Below are positions 21,830-33,819 of a stretch of 64,000 nucleotides of DNA, in pieces; the first letter of the stretch is position 1; each line of letters starts with the position of its first letter. The DNA comes from Octopus sinensis (taxonomy: Eukaryota): the NCBI RefSeq assembly GCF_006345805.1, contig NC_042997.1, forward strand, positions 110,360,001 to 110,424,000, written 5' to 3'. Under the pieces are notes generated by a model that was not told the origin of the DNA, searched no databases, and saw only the letters and a program-made list of their open reading frames with translations. The position numbers and the translations under genes are program-made.

Positions 21830-23985
21830 TACATATTACATTTGTGATGCTCTTTAAGAAGACCCATTGGTATCTGAGAGGTGGAATTTTGATCATTTTT
21901 GAGAACAAACGATGTACAAGAAAAGGAGAACAGAAAGTAAATAACAAACAAGAATGCAAGACTATGGAAACCATTTCAGTATTCACAAACCATTACACTT
22001 CCAATGGAATTTGAAAAAATACACTTCCTATAACTTCTTCATAATCAAAAAAAAATCACAATCTGGCACATAAAAATCACAATCTGAACATGGTCGATGC
22101 CAGCACCACCTTGACTGGCGTTTGTGCCGGTGGTACATAAAAAGCACCAACTGATCGTGGACGTTGCCAGCCTCCTCTGGCCCCCGTGTCGGTGGCACAT
22201 AAAAAGCACCTACTACACTCACGGAGTGGTTGGTGTTAGGAAGGGCATCCAGCTGTAGAAACACTGCCAGATCAGACTGGAGCCTGATGCAGCCTTCTGG
22301 CTTCCCAGACCCCGGTCGAACCGTCCAACCCATGCTAGCATGGAAAACGGACATTAAACGATGATGATGATGATGATGTTATAAACACAGATTCATCTGA
22401 AAAGGGAAGTTGTCCCCTAATGAGTAACTTCAACAGTGATTAGCATATTCACACTCAAATAGGTTGGAAGGTATTTAGAATATGTCATCGTAGAAAAGAA
22501 AAGGAAATTGTCAAAATACTGAGTACGGTGGTTGGTGTTGGCCATTTCACATTATTATTGGCGAGCTGGCAGAATCGTTAGCAGGCTACGCAAAATGTTT
22601 TGCAGCATTTTGTCCATCTTTACATTCTGGGTTCAAATTCCGCCAAGGTTGACTGTGCCTTTCATCCTTTTGGGGTCGATAAATTAAGTACCAGTCAAGT
22701 CCTGGATCAATGTGATCGACTATCTCCCTCCCCACAAATTCCAGGCCTTGTGTCTAAAGTAGAAAGGATTATTATTATTATTATTATTGAGTGAGAGAGC
22801 AGTGCATGCCTTCAAAGTGACACTGAGGTTAAATATACGAAGCCCAATGTACCCATCTTGACTACCCATCTCATAAGGGTGCATCAGGCACATGCATCAC
22901 AACCATAATGTGCGCGACATGGTGATCTCATATCAAGATAAACAGTACATGACCTTGCAGATGGGGCCCAGTTAGAATTTTCTTCTGGTCAAGTAACCCA
23001 TCCCACTCAAAAGGTCCCTGCATAAGGGTTGGTTAAGGATGGTGAACGAACCACCCATGTTTCCAAAGGTGAATTATCCAAACCTCTAAGAATTCCTTCC
23101 AACACATGGCTATGATGCTCCCCCACTACTTCTGCTCATGATCAGAGTTGCACATATCGTCAGCCACTAAGGGACATGCTCAACTGGTTAAGGTCAAACC
23201 TTAACAATAATAATAATAATAGTTTATTATTATTATTATTATTAAGCATATTGAGTCTAGCACTGTATTTTTCCTAGCACTCTTCTTTTCATTTTAGTAG
23301 GTCGAACGTCCACATACAGCCTCCCTCATTGAGACACTATGGAAATGGTAAACAACACACGTGCCATTTCAAGGAAGAAAGCCAACTCTACAGAAATATT
23401 CTGAAACAACTAGCAAATCTTTTACTAGTAACGATGATTAACAAGTCTAGTGCACACTCTGGTAAAGTGAGTCTAAAAGTGGCCATCTACGGTTATAAAT
23501 AAACGATTCTTTTAAAACAGGAAAAATTTAAATTAGAATGAACCGTTTCGGATGTATCACGGTTTCTTATTTCGTCAAATCCGAACATACAAAAAAAGAA
23601 AATTGTCAACATTCTTAGAAAAAATGACGACAGTTTCCAGCTTTGGGGATTTAAGGAATAAGAGTCAACATAAATTTAATATTTTTTTGTATTCGTAAGT
23701 GAAAGGTAAAATACCAATTCGTGGTGGAAGTTAATTAAACAAAAATAATTGAGAGATTTCTTCATAATACATCCCAAGTAGAGTCCAACGGTTGTTGTTA
23801 TTCATTTACTTGTAACCCCAACATCAACATACATATACATACACACACATTATTTATATATATATATATATATATATAGATACATGTATATGCATGTGTG
23901 TATACTGGTGTCACCTCTTACGGTAGACGAGTGTTTTGCAATTTGCAATTAGATGAACTAAAACGATATGATATTCCAAACTCAC

Positions 23986-24100
23986 GGGTGATTTTAGTTT
24001 CCTGAAAGCAAATGATATCTGCCTGTAAAGATTCCAGTAATTGGTGAATTGGTATTTTGCTCGCTCGGATCCCATTAACATTCCACGTTAATAACTTCAT
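23986..24100 (-). CDS. APEX2: APEX2 first coding exon (115 nt)
   Basis: Encodes MKLLTWNVNGIR...ADIICFQETK (ExoIII N-terminal motifs). Donor CACCC|gtgagt, phase 1. The six exons total 1704 nt = 567 aa + stop. Confidence 0.9.
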
Positions 24101-24433
24101 GTTTCCGCGGTAAAGCAAAGGCACCTGAAACAAGTTACCTCCCTTGACTGAGAGCTCTTAAGCAAGGGAAATAAATCAGTAAAAATATATTAGAGTTACC
24201 CCACTTGAATCTCTGCTTGAAGCCAGGCCAAGGATTCCCCTCAATGACCAGCTTGACCATTTAGTCTTTTTATCTGATGCAGAACATTGAACTAACGGGG
24301 CTTAGGCAACCACCTGTAAATAACAGTTGTAATTTCAATACACAGGACACTTTACAGAACTTACACAATGCAGCAATTTCTTTTCTGGTGCCAAAGTTTA
24401 TCAACGATGGACAACACTTTCTTTAAAACGGTC

Positions 24434-24660
24434 AAAGGCGGCGAGCTGGCAGAAACGTTAGCACGCCGGGCGAAATGCGTAGCCGTATTTCGTCTGCCGT
24501 TACGTTCTGAGTTCAAATTCCGCCGAGGTCGACTTTGCCTTTCATCCTTTCGGGGTCGATTAGATAAGTACCAGTTATGCACTGGGGTCAATGTAATCGA
24601 CTTAATCTGTTTGTCTGTCCTTGTTTGTCCCCTCTATGTTTAGCCCCTTGTGGGTAATAA
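24434..24660 (+). mobile_element. SINE family B, representative copy
   Basis: aaggcggcgagctggcagaaacgttag...gagttcaaattccgccgaggtcgactttgcctttcatcc...taagtaccagt. More than 15 copies, e.g. near 4628, 6520, 6970, 7290(-), 8430, 18606, 22560, 38020, 47560-48640, 56047 and 58520(-). Confidence 0.8.
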
Positions 24661-24900
24661 AGAAACAGACAACGCTTTCTTTAAAACGGTTGTCTTTGAG
24701 ATCTTCTTGGTTGTAGCTTAAAACAAGACCAATCAGGAACCAATCGATCAACAGCCAAAACCATTCCAGTTGTCACCATCCTTTCATCTTTTTTGCTTTG
24801 ACTTTTACATTCGCAATTTTATTTAGGACTGTCTTAAGATTCTGCCTTTGTTTCTTTAAATCATGCATGTGAACTGAGAGATTTAGAAATAGCAGTTTAA

Positions 24901-25122
24901 CTCTTTAGTTACCGTGTTTCGGTTGAGATGCTTTGTGTTTCTTTCAATTAATTTTGAATATAACATAGAATTTAGTGAAATAACTTAGTTATCATTCAAC
25001 TAGTGTTAGGAACATAAATTGTGACCGAGATTTGGTGGAAGATTTTAATTCAGAACTTTTGAAAATAAGACATTTGTACTACAGAACCAGAGGCGGTTTC
25101 AGACGGGTTGGTATCAAAAGGG
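24901..25122. mobile_element. piggyBac-like MITE (copy 2)
   Basis: TTAA on both sides; homologous to 19088-19308. Confidence 0.75.
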
Positions 25123-26267
25123 TTAAATGTACACTTGTGGTTTGCATGTACACATAATGTATCCCTCCCAATCAACCCATCCTTCACTGCTCATGATAAC
25201 TACCTGATGTACACACCCCTTCACTCTCCCTTATATGCCTCCCTGCACACAATCACCCTTACTACCCTCACATATCTACCATAACCCCACCGTCCCTCCT
25301 ATATCTCCCACCATCACTTGCTAGTCACCTCTGCCCCATTTCTACCCATCTCCCCCTTCTAACCCTAACCCTTTCCAATCCTTTCAACCACTTACATTGA
25401 TCTGCACTGTACCTTACAAGTAACTCCCAACACATCTCCATCATCATCATCATCTTCTTTCTCTCTCTCTTTCATTCTGCCTGCCTATGCTCCTCTCTGA
25501 CTTTATCTCTTTTCCTCTTTCCTTTTCCAACTGGGGCAGCCGAGTATCTCCTCTATAGCAAGACACCGTTTTCTATCCATCTATTATACTTTAACTTCTC
25601 AACTGGAACAAGTCACTTCTCTCAAAACCACTCCCTCTCCCAGCCGAGGAATTTTTTGTCTTGCAAGTTACTTGGCAACCCCAATGGTGCTGGCACCACA
25701 TAAACAGCACCCAGTATACTCTGTAAAGTGGTTGGCATAGAAGCTGTGTAGCCATAGAAACTCTGCCAAAGCAGGCAGAGGAATCTGGTGTGGCTCTTGT
25801 CAAAATGTCCAAACCATATGAGTATGGAAAACGGATGTTAAATGATGGTGACAACAACGACGGAGGAGGAGGAGGAGGAAATCTTCCAAGAATTGCATGA
25901 AGCCCACTAGGGTCGTAGCTTGTAAAGGATTGTGATTCATTTCTAATTGTGTAGTCTATACTTAGCTACAATAGCGACAACATGAATTTCTTCCATCTTC
26001 TTCCTCTGTTAAAGTATTTGAGTAAACTTATATTAATGTATCCAACTGGTTAAAATTCTATTTATCTATTTTTACAGCTGATGATGGCTCTGCATTTAAA
26101 TTGATGCAATGATTGCATTGCTCAATTAAATGGATCCACTTGAAATGGTCGTACTATATCACAACTTAATATCCTGTTGCGTATTTCGCTTTTATATATC
26201 CTTAAAAATGCTTTAGCCCGAAGGCCACGGCCATGCTGAGGCACCACCGCTGATATATATGTATATA

Positions 26268-26831
26268 TATAATAAATAATATCAGGGTAATAAAAATTAT
26301 AGAAATTTTTACTACCAGTGGCCTAGCGTAAAAAAAATTTAGTCAATAGACTATATATTATTCATATAAAATACCGTGTACATTAAAACACAGTAAGCGG
26401 CTTCCATCATAGGAATGACTTACACTAGAAAGAACAGTTAAAGTCCAAGCCACTAATTAGGGATAAATTCCCAAAGGGAATGAAAAATAAAAACATTTAC
26501 CATCTAATTCAATTCTCGCTGATGAAGACAGCCGCAGTAAATAATAATTTTTTTTTTTTTATTGGAATAAGGCAGAAACCATGGTCCGGGAATTGAATTA
26601 GATGGTAAATATTTTTATTTTTCATTCCCTTCGAGAATTTATCCCTAATTAGTGGCTTGGAGTTTAACTGTTCTTTCTAGCATAAGGCATTCCTATGATG
26701 GAAGCCGCTTAATGTGTTTTAATGTACATGGTATTTTATATGAATAATATATAGTCTATTGACTAAATTTTTTTACGCTAGGCCACTGGTAGTAAAAATA
26801 TCTGTAATTTTTATTACCCTGATATTATTTA

Positions 26832-26836
<5 letters not shown>
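26268..26836. mobile_element. Foldback element, about 250-bp inverted arms, inserted in (TA)n
   Basis: atatcagggtaataaaaatt...catctaattcaatt mirrored by aattgaattagatg...ttattaccctgatat. Confidence 0.85.
26506..26599 (+). ncRNA. Hammerhead-like motif at the centre of a foldback element, stem II damaged
   Basis: aattcaattctcg-CTGATGA-...-GAAA-CCATGG-TC-cgggaattgaatt. Palindromic stem III ACCATGGT, GUC triplet. Confidence 0.6.
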
Positions 26837-26866
<30 letters not shown>

Positions 26867-26883
26867 TTATATATATATATATA

Positions 26884-26916
<33 letters not shown>

Positions 26917-26949
26917 TATATGAATGTATGTATGTGTATATATATATGA

Positions 26950-27128
26950 TTGACCACTAACTCAAAAAGTTTTGTTTATTCTCTCTCTGTTTATTTCCTC
27001 ATAATCCTTTCTATTGAAGAGTTTAGGCTCGAAATGTAAAAGACTTTTTCATTTTCCCGAGCATCAAACTAATACATCTGCTTGTTGTTTATACACCCAT
27101 CTTTGTCTTTTATTTTCCTGTAAATTTC

Positions 27129-27130
<2 letters not shown>
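26950..27130 (+). mobile_element. Degenerate Penelope-like terminal repeat with a decayed minimal hammerhead (27007-27042)
   Basis: cttt-CTATTGA-A-GAG(tttagg)CTC-GAAA-T-GTA-aaag; flanked by (TA)n. Confidence 0.45.
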
Positions 27131-27169
<39 letters not shown>

Positions 27170-27197
27170 TGTATATATATATATACTTATATATATG

Positions 27198-27238
<41 letters not shown>

Positions 27239-27249
27239 TATATAGAAGG

Positions 27250-27300
27250 AGCTTCTACAGGACTAGAACTGTTTCATTCAAAAGAAATCATCAGGAAGCC
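27250..27300 (-). ncRNA. Type I hammerhead-like motif, copy 1 (identical copy at 27497-27547)
   Basis: GGCTTC-CTGATGA-TTTC(TTTT)GAAT-GAAA-CAG(TTCTAGTC)CTG-TA-GAAGCT. All three stems can form; the 10.1-11.1 position is a U.U mismatch. Confidence 0.65.
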
Positions 27301-27496
27301 TTCTGTTTCCTTGGTGGGATAGTAATGTTCTTCGGGGAAGTGTTGAGGTCGATTCTTGTCAGCATTTTTTCTTGGTGATGGTTATAAGGGCACTGGGGTG
27401 TGCTAGGATATGTAGGTCCCGGGTTGAGTCGGGGTTAACCACAGTAAATAAGGTACTCAATACATAGCAGAGTAAATTAATTTATTATATAGAAGG

Positions 27497-27545
27497 AGCT
27501 TCTACAGGACTAGAACTGTTTCATTCAAAAGAAATCATCAGGAAG

Positions 27546-27547
<2 letters not shown>
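27497..27547 (-). ncRNA. Type I hammerhead-like motif, copy 2
   Basis: Identical to 27250-27300, 247 nt away. Confidence 0.65.
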
Positions 27548-27603
<56 letters not shown>

Positions 27604-27604
27604 C

Positions 27605-27990
27605 ATAGGAGTGGCTGTGTGGTAACTTGCTTACCAACCACATGGTTCCGGGTTCAGTCCCACTGCGTAGCACCTTGAGCAAGTGTCTTTTACTATAGCC
27701 TCGGGCCGACCAAAGCCTTGTGAGTGGATTTGGTAGGCGGAAACTGAAAGAAGCCCGTCGTATATATGTATGTATGTGTGTGTATATGTGTGTCTGTGTT
27801 TGTTCCCCCAACATCGTTTGAGAACTAATGATGGTGTATTTACGTACCTGTAACTTAGCGGTTCGGCAAAAGAGACCGATAGAATAAGTACTAGGCTTAC
27901 AAAGAATAAGTGCTGGGGTCGATTTGCTCGACCAAAGGCAGTGCTCCACCATGGTCACAGTCACATGACTGAAATAAATGAAATAAAAAA
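27605..27990 (+). mobile_element. tRNA-derived SINE family A (CORE-like centre), representative copy
   Basis: tggctgtgtggtaa...ggttcagtcccactgcg..accttg(g/a)gcaagtgtc...gtcaaatgactgaaacaag. Other copies near 240-590(-), 2820-3225(-), 5548-5940(+) and 32500-32915(-). Confidence 0.75.
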
Positions 27991-28002
27991 TAAAGAAAAA
28001 GA

Positions 28003-28033
<31 letters not shown>

Positions 28034-28053
28034 ATATATTATATATATATATA

Positions 28054-29305
28054 TTGGGTCATCCCATAAATAATGCAGTTTTTTTATACTTCTTTTATTT
28101 TTCAAAATTAAGATTAACAAAGTTCTCTTTTTAATCTGAAATATACTCTCCTTCATTATCTTCCACCTCTCTGGTAGACTTCCAAGAGCCCTCTTCCAAA
28201 ATTCCCTTGTCCGTGACAAAAAATACTCCTCCAGTACTGTTCTAACCTCTTCTAAAGAATTCATATTTTTTCTCTCCAAATGATTTTGAAGACTGCAGAA
28301 TAAATGATAATCAGATGGGGCAATGTCCGGCGAATATGGTGGGTGGGGCATCATTTCCCATTCAAACTGCTCCATCCTTGCTGTATGTGGCCAGGCATTA
28401 CCCTGATGGAAGAACACCTTTCGTCTTAAAACCAAAGACGGTTGTTTTTCTTCTAGCACTGACTTAAGAAACCCAAGCTGCTCACAGTAGATCTCCTTTG
28501 TTATCGTTTGGTTTGGGTTTAAAAGTTCAAAGTGGATTAAACCTTTCTTTTCCCACCAAACAGATAACACCTTACATGGGTGAAGATCTTCTTTAGCCTG
28601 GGGTACCAGTTTTTATCCTTTCCCTACCCACATTCTTTGGCACTTGACATTTTTAGAGAGAACCCATTTCTCATCATCAGTCACTATTCAGCCCCAAAAT
28701 GGTTCGTTCATGAGATGTGACAGCAAAGAAGAGCACACATTCACTCTCTGCACACAGACTCAGAAAGTTTGTGAGGAACTCATTGACCCAATTTGCAGAC
28801 TTTTCCGATGGCACGCAGGTATCAATGAATGGTTGGATGACCAAATCCAAGCTTCTCTGCTAGTTCCTCAATAGTTACAATGCGATTTTGTTCCATCAGG
28901 GTTTGTAGGACATCCTCATTGAGCTCTACAGATCTTCCAAGACGAGGCTCATCTTCTATGTTGTAGTTTCTGGCTCGGAATTTCTGTAACCACCGGTGAC
29001 ACTGGTGCCACTTATTGTCTGATCCCCATATACTGCATTAATATTCCTCGCACTTTCCATTGTGCTGATGTCTTTATTGAACTCATAAAGCAAAATATGC
29101 CGAATATGCTCCTTTGTCACTTCCATTATAGCTTTGAAAAAATAACAGTTAAAATCGAACTTCACTCTTCAAAACTTACACTAAGAATAGGGACAAAGTA
29201 AAATTACTACCTGTCTTTATGGCAAGTTGATGCAAGTAGTTTATCCTGTCCACCTTCGACTTTTAGTTCATGCAATAGAACCATATTATTTATGGGATGA
29301 CCCAA
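28054..29305 (-). mobile_element. mariner (DD34D) DNA transposon, full length but decayed
   Basis: TIRs ttgggtcatcccataaataat at both ends. Transposase pieces MEVTKEHIRHILLYEF and WEMMPHPPYSPDIAPSDYHLF, with frameshifts. Confidence 0.88.
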
Positions 29306-29528
29306 TGGTAGACGGACAATTCATTGACAGACAGTTGACCAACAAACAACTTATAGACAGGACAATTCCTTTTCTGGTTCTATCAAAAATATAGGTGTAC
29401 CCTTTGTATAGAAGCTTTCTACCTCCTCGTTCTATTCTGCTGAACTCCATAATCGATACTTCCACATGTCGACTTATTGTCCAATCAGCCAACTGTCCAA
29501 CTGGCAAATTTTCTGCACACGTGACCCA
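29306..29528 (-). mobile_element. FLYWCH-like 5' fragment, probably of a Mutator-type transposon
   Basis: MEFSRIERGGRKLLYKGYTYIFDR resembles a FLYWCH N-terminus. Preceded by short gttggac-like subterminal repeats. Confidence 0.45.
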
Positions 29529-29533
29529 ATATA

Positions 29534-29569
<36 letters not shown>

Positions 29570-30575
29570 TGCATGTATGCATGCAGGTATGTAATTGTAA
29601 AATCCAAGGGTGTAGGTGTAGAAAGTTAAGAAGCTTCAAGCAGTCTGAGAAGATAGGAACAATACTGGCTTATTGGAGCAGAGGGTTGTAGGTTTTTCCC
29701 ATACTGAAGTTCAATAAGCTGAAAAAAAAAAATTTTTTAAAGATCATGATTAGCAACTACAGCTGTTCTGAATCATCATCATCATCATCATCATTTAACG
29801 TCCACTTTCCATGCTGGCATGGGTTGGACGGTTCAACCGGGCTCTGGGAAACCAGGAGGCTGCGCCAGGCTCCAGTCTGATCTGGCAGTGTTTCTACAGC
29901 TGGATGCCCTTCCTAACACCAACCGCTCCGTGAGTGTAGTGGGTGCTTTTTACGTGCCGCCGGCACAGGGGCCAGGGGAGCTGGTATTGACCACAATCGG
30001 ATGGTACTTTTTATATGCCACCTGCACTGAGGCAGTCAAAGCGGCACTGACATTGGCCACGTTCGGAGGGTGCTTTTTATGTGCTACCATCACGGGGCTC
30101 ACAACTACAATTTCCATTTGATTTGATTTTCATATTTCCCCGGCAACAATCACGCTTGGATGTGCTTTTAACGCTCCACTGGCACGAGTGCCAATTAGGC
30201 GGTACTGTCATCGGCCACGTCAGTGATTTTGATTTCACTTGCCTCAATAGGTCCTCACAAGCAAAGTTTATTTCACTCTAAGTTCAAATTCTGCTACAGC
30301 CAGCTTCTGTTTTCAGGAACAATAAATACAATACCAGTCAGATACTGGGGTTAGTTCTTACCTTTCTCACCATTTTTCCTGTCTGTCTTGTCTTGGGTTC
30401 TCAAAGAAACCAGCAAGGCTCCATAACCATCATTTAATGATTTCCATGCTAGCATGGATTGGACAGTTTGACAGGAACCAGCAAGCCAAAAGACAGCACT
30501 AAAACCCCACAGACTGCTTTAGACATGATTTCTATGGCTGGACACCATTCCTAATGCCATTCACTTTAGAGTATA

Positions 30576-30844
30576 CTGTAATCCCTCGACTATTGTGGAT
30601 GTTACATTCCAAAACCTGCCACAGAAATAATTAAAATCTGAAAAAATATAAAAGCATTAAATTCGCTCTGCTGGGTGGTTGGTGTTAGGAAGGGCATCCA
30701 GCTGTGAAGATCCTGCCAAAACAGTCACAGAAGTCTGGTGCTATACTCAGGAGTCCACGATAAAATTTTACATATATTAGCCAGAAAAATCCCCGATGTA
30801 CTGAATGCATGACAGGTGAACCACAATATGGCGAGGGATTACTG
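30576..30844. mobile_element. pogo/Tigger-like MITE with an inserted SINE fragment
   Basis: TA|ctgtaatccctcgac ... gcgagggattactg|TA. Confidence 0.6.
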
Positions 30845-31703
30845 TACCAGGTGCATTTTTACATGGTACTAGCATGATACCATCACCCCCACACCCCCAC
30901 CAAGTGTTAAAAAAGGAATAACATATAATAAATGCTTGCAACATGCTGCCTTTCATGGCAGCAACCTACATGGCTCCATGGAAAAGCTGAGAGCCCAAGA
31001 TATGGCATAATAACAGCAGAAGTTGTTGATTGTCTGGAAAGAGTGAGTTGGAGGTAAACACACGAAGAACAGAGACCAGAACACCGTTTTAGCTTCGAAA
31101 TGTATATTAAAGAGTTATTTTAGGTTTTATTCAAATTATAGTACAATAAAATATTTGAAAATAGCTTAGAGAAAAAGAGAGAGAGAGAGAATATGATGTG
31201 AATTATTAACTACCAAGTCTTTGAATAGTCTCTCTTCTGATGTTTAAGCTAGACAACTTGAGGGTGGGGTGTGGTGTGTATGCGTGAGTGTGTGTGTGTG
31301 AGTGTGTGTGTGTGTGTGTGTGAGATATGTGATGTGCCTGTGTTTGTGTGCATACACAAGGCCAGAAATGGTAACATAGATAAAGGATGGTTTGTTTTGG
31401 TTTTCTTTCCCAGAGTTGTGTATGCACCACATTTTAAGAACAGATTGGTTGAGGCGGGCAAGGGGAGAGAAAAGATGGCGGCACACGGCATATCTTTGAG
31501 TCGCTGGCACTTGGCATATCTTTTAAGAAGAAAGAGGAGGAGAAGGAAAAGAAATTTCAAAAAAGAACGACAGAAAGGAAGTTGATGTCCCAACACATCT
31601 TCACACACAACTGCCAGGCACCAATCACGGGAGGGGGCAGAGGGGGAGGGAGGAAAGACCACAATGAATAAAAAAAAACGAAATAGGTTTAATGAGATGT
31701 GTG

Positions 31704-31799
31704 CTACGAAGAATTTAACTTTTTCGCTTGAAATAACTTGATGGTTGCCAGGCGTTCAATGTCATCTAAGCTGAGGCTGTTCAGTCGGTTCTCGAAATC
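31704..31799 (-). CDS. UBL4A: Ubiquitin-like protein 4A, exon 4
   Basis: ttgtttccag|GAT. Encodes DFENRLNSLSLDDIERLATIKLFQAKKLNSS*, matching the UBL4A C-terminal (TUGS) motif LTLDDIERLA. Confidence 0.88.
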   Translation of the reverse strand, partial: DFENRLNSLSLDDIERLATIKLFQAKKLNSS

Positions 31800-33819
31800 C
31801 TGGAAACAAAAACAAGAGAGATTCCACATTAATGGTTTGACCAAACTGACAAATATAAACACAAAAAAAAAACATCAACATCATCATCACCATTGTTTAA
31901 CGTCCTCCTTCCATTCTGGCATGGGTGGGACGGTTTGACAGGAGCTGGCCAGACAGAACCTAGCACAAGACTTCTGTGACTGTTTCGGCAGGATCTTCAC
32001 AGCTGGATGCCCTTCCTAACACCAACCACCCAGCAGAGCGAATTTAATGCTTTTTACGTGGCACAAGCACAGGTGAGATCAGTTTTGGCAAGGTTTTTAC
32101 AACTGGATGCCCTTCCAAATGCCTAATACCATCCCCATCTTTAATCATCCTTCACTCTCCTCATACACTCCCTATTCTCCTGTCTCCTCTTCTACTTAAG
32201 GCTCAGGCCTGACACCACTAGTTTTATCTCTGTCCAACTCCACCCCACCCACTCCCACCCTCTCTCCTGTCGATCAAATGCATCTCCTGTACATTAGCTC
32301 ATTCCCTCCATCAAATCAACATTACCTGCAAAGGTACAACAGGTGTGTCACACGTCAGGTGTCAAAAGTGATTGCAGAGCAGCGCTAGATGAAGTGTTGT
32401 TGCTCAAGAATACAATGCACCACCCGGTCCAGGAATTGAAACCAAGACCTTGCAATTGTGAGTGCAACACCCTAGCCACTAGGCCATACACCCTTGCATA
32501 TCTCTTTTACTCGTTTCAGTCATTTGACTGCGGCCATGCTGGAGCACCACCTTTAGTCAAGCAAATCAACCCCAGGACTTATTCATTTAGTCAAGCAAAT
32601 CAACCCCAGGACTTATTCATCGGTCAATTTTGCTGAACCACTAAGTTACGGGGACGTAAACACACCAGCATCATTGTCAAGCGATGTTGGGGGTGGGGGG
32701 CAAACAGACACAAACATATACTCACACACACACACACATTTATATATATATATACACATATATACGACGGGATTCTTTCTGTTTCCGCCTACCAAATCCA
32801 CTCACAAGGCTTTGGTCAGCCCGAGACTATAGTAGAAGACACTTGTCTAAGGTGCCACGCAGTGGAACTGAACCCAGAACCATATGGTTCGTAAGCAAGC
32901 TACTTACCACACAGCAACTCCTATTTAAAACTTAAGGGTCTAAGTGAATCCATTGTTGCTCAGACTTAAATATGTAAATCGATTCCATAAACTCATTAAG
33001 AAATGTGTTCTGGCCTCTTCTCTCTCACTTTAATCCCTCGTCCCATACCTTAAATCCACTTCCCTTTCAATTGTAGCCCCATCCATTCAAAGGGAAATTA
33101 GTTTTAAATATTGCTGGGTGACTTCACTAGTGCTGGTAAGACAAAAAAAAAAAGCCCTAATGGCATCAGGAAGACCATCCAGCCATAGAAACCATTCCAA
33201 AGCAGACATTGGAAGATGGTGCACTCCTTAGACCCATTGGATCCTTTCAAGCCAGCCAATCCATGCCAATAGTGGACATGGATGTTAAATCATCATCATC
33301 ATCATCATCCATGCTTGCATGAGTCAGACAAAATTCAGTGAGGTGCCTTTTCTGTCACCAACCCTTCAGTCAAACTAGAACTCAGTCAAACCGCCCAACC
33401 CATGCCAGCATGGAAAACGGACGTTAAATGACGTCGATGATGGTGATGATTGTAAAGTCGTTTAGTTGTTTGTTTTGTTTTTGTCAGAGTTACAAATGAA
33501 TTTTAAGATGGTTTGCCCAGTAATAGTTACTAGATTATCTCCCTTACATTAGCTGTAGGGAAGCGTTCTTTCTCTTGCTACCGAGAAGCAGACGTTAAGC
33601 AATCAATGGCGACGGGAAAAGCGCAGAAGGACGGCAGTAAACGCTTCATCACGTTTGTTTGTTGCGGTCACGATGGCTACGGAAGAGAACAGTAAAAGAC
33701 GAGAATTGGGACGGAGTGTGGGGGAGAGGGCAGCAGTGCACACCTCTTTCCAATACTAATTAAGAAAAAACCAAATATGACAATAGGTGTGAGGAACGTA
33801 ACATAATACACTTTGTTGA

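Noticed and set aside
1597-24100. APE-domain exons as pieces of a LINE endonuclease
   Set aside because: Spliced structure, APE2-specific motifs (AEEGLSG, PEFAG, Zf-GRF) and no linked RT show this is the host gene.
24101-24133. N-terminal extension MFQVPLLYRGN of APEX2
   Set aside because: The homologous motif starts at MKLLTWNVNG, and cttgtttcag| suggests an acceptor for an upstream UTR exon that I could not locate.
31206-31662. Several overlapping 70-140 aa ORFs
   Set aside because: They fall in the probable UBL4A 3' UTR with (GT)n and purine-rich tracts; no recognisable domain.
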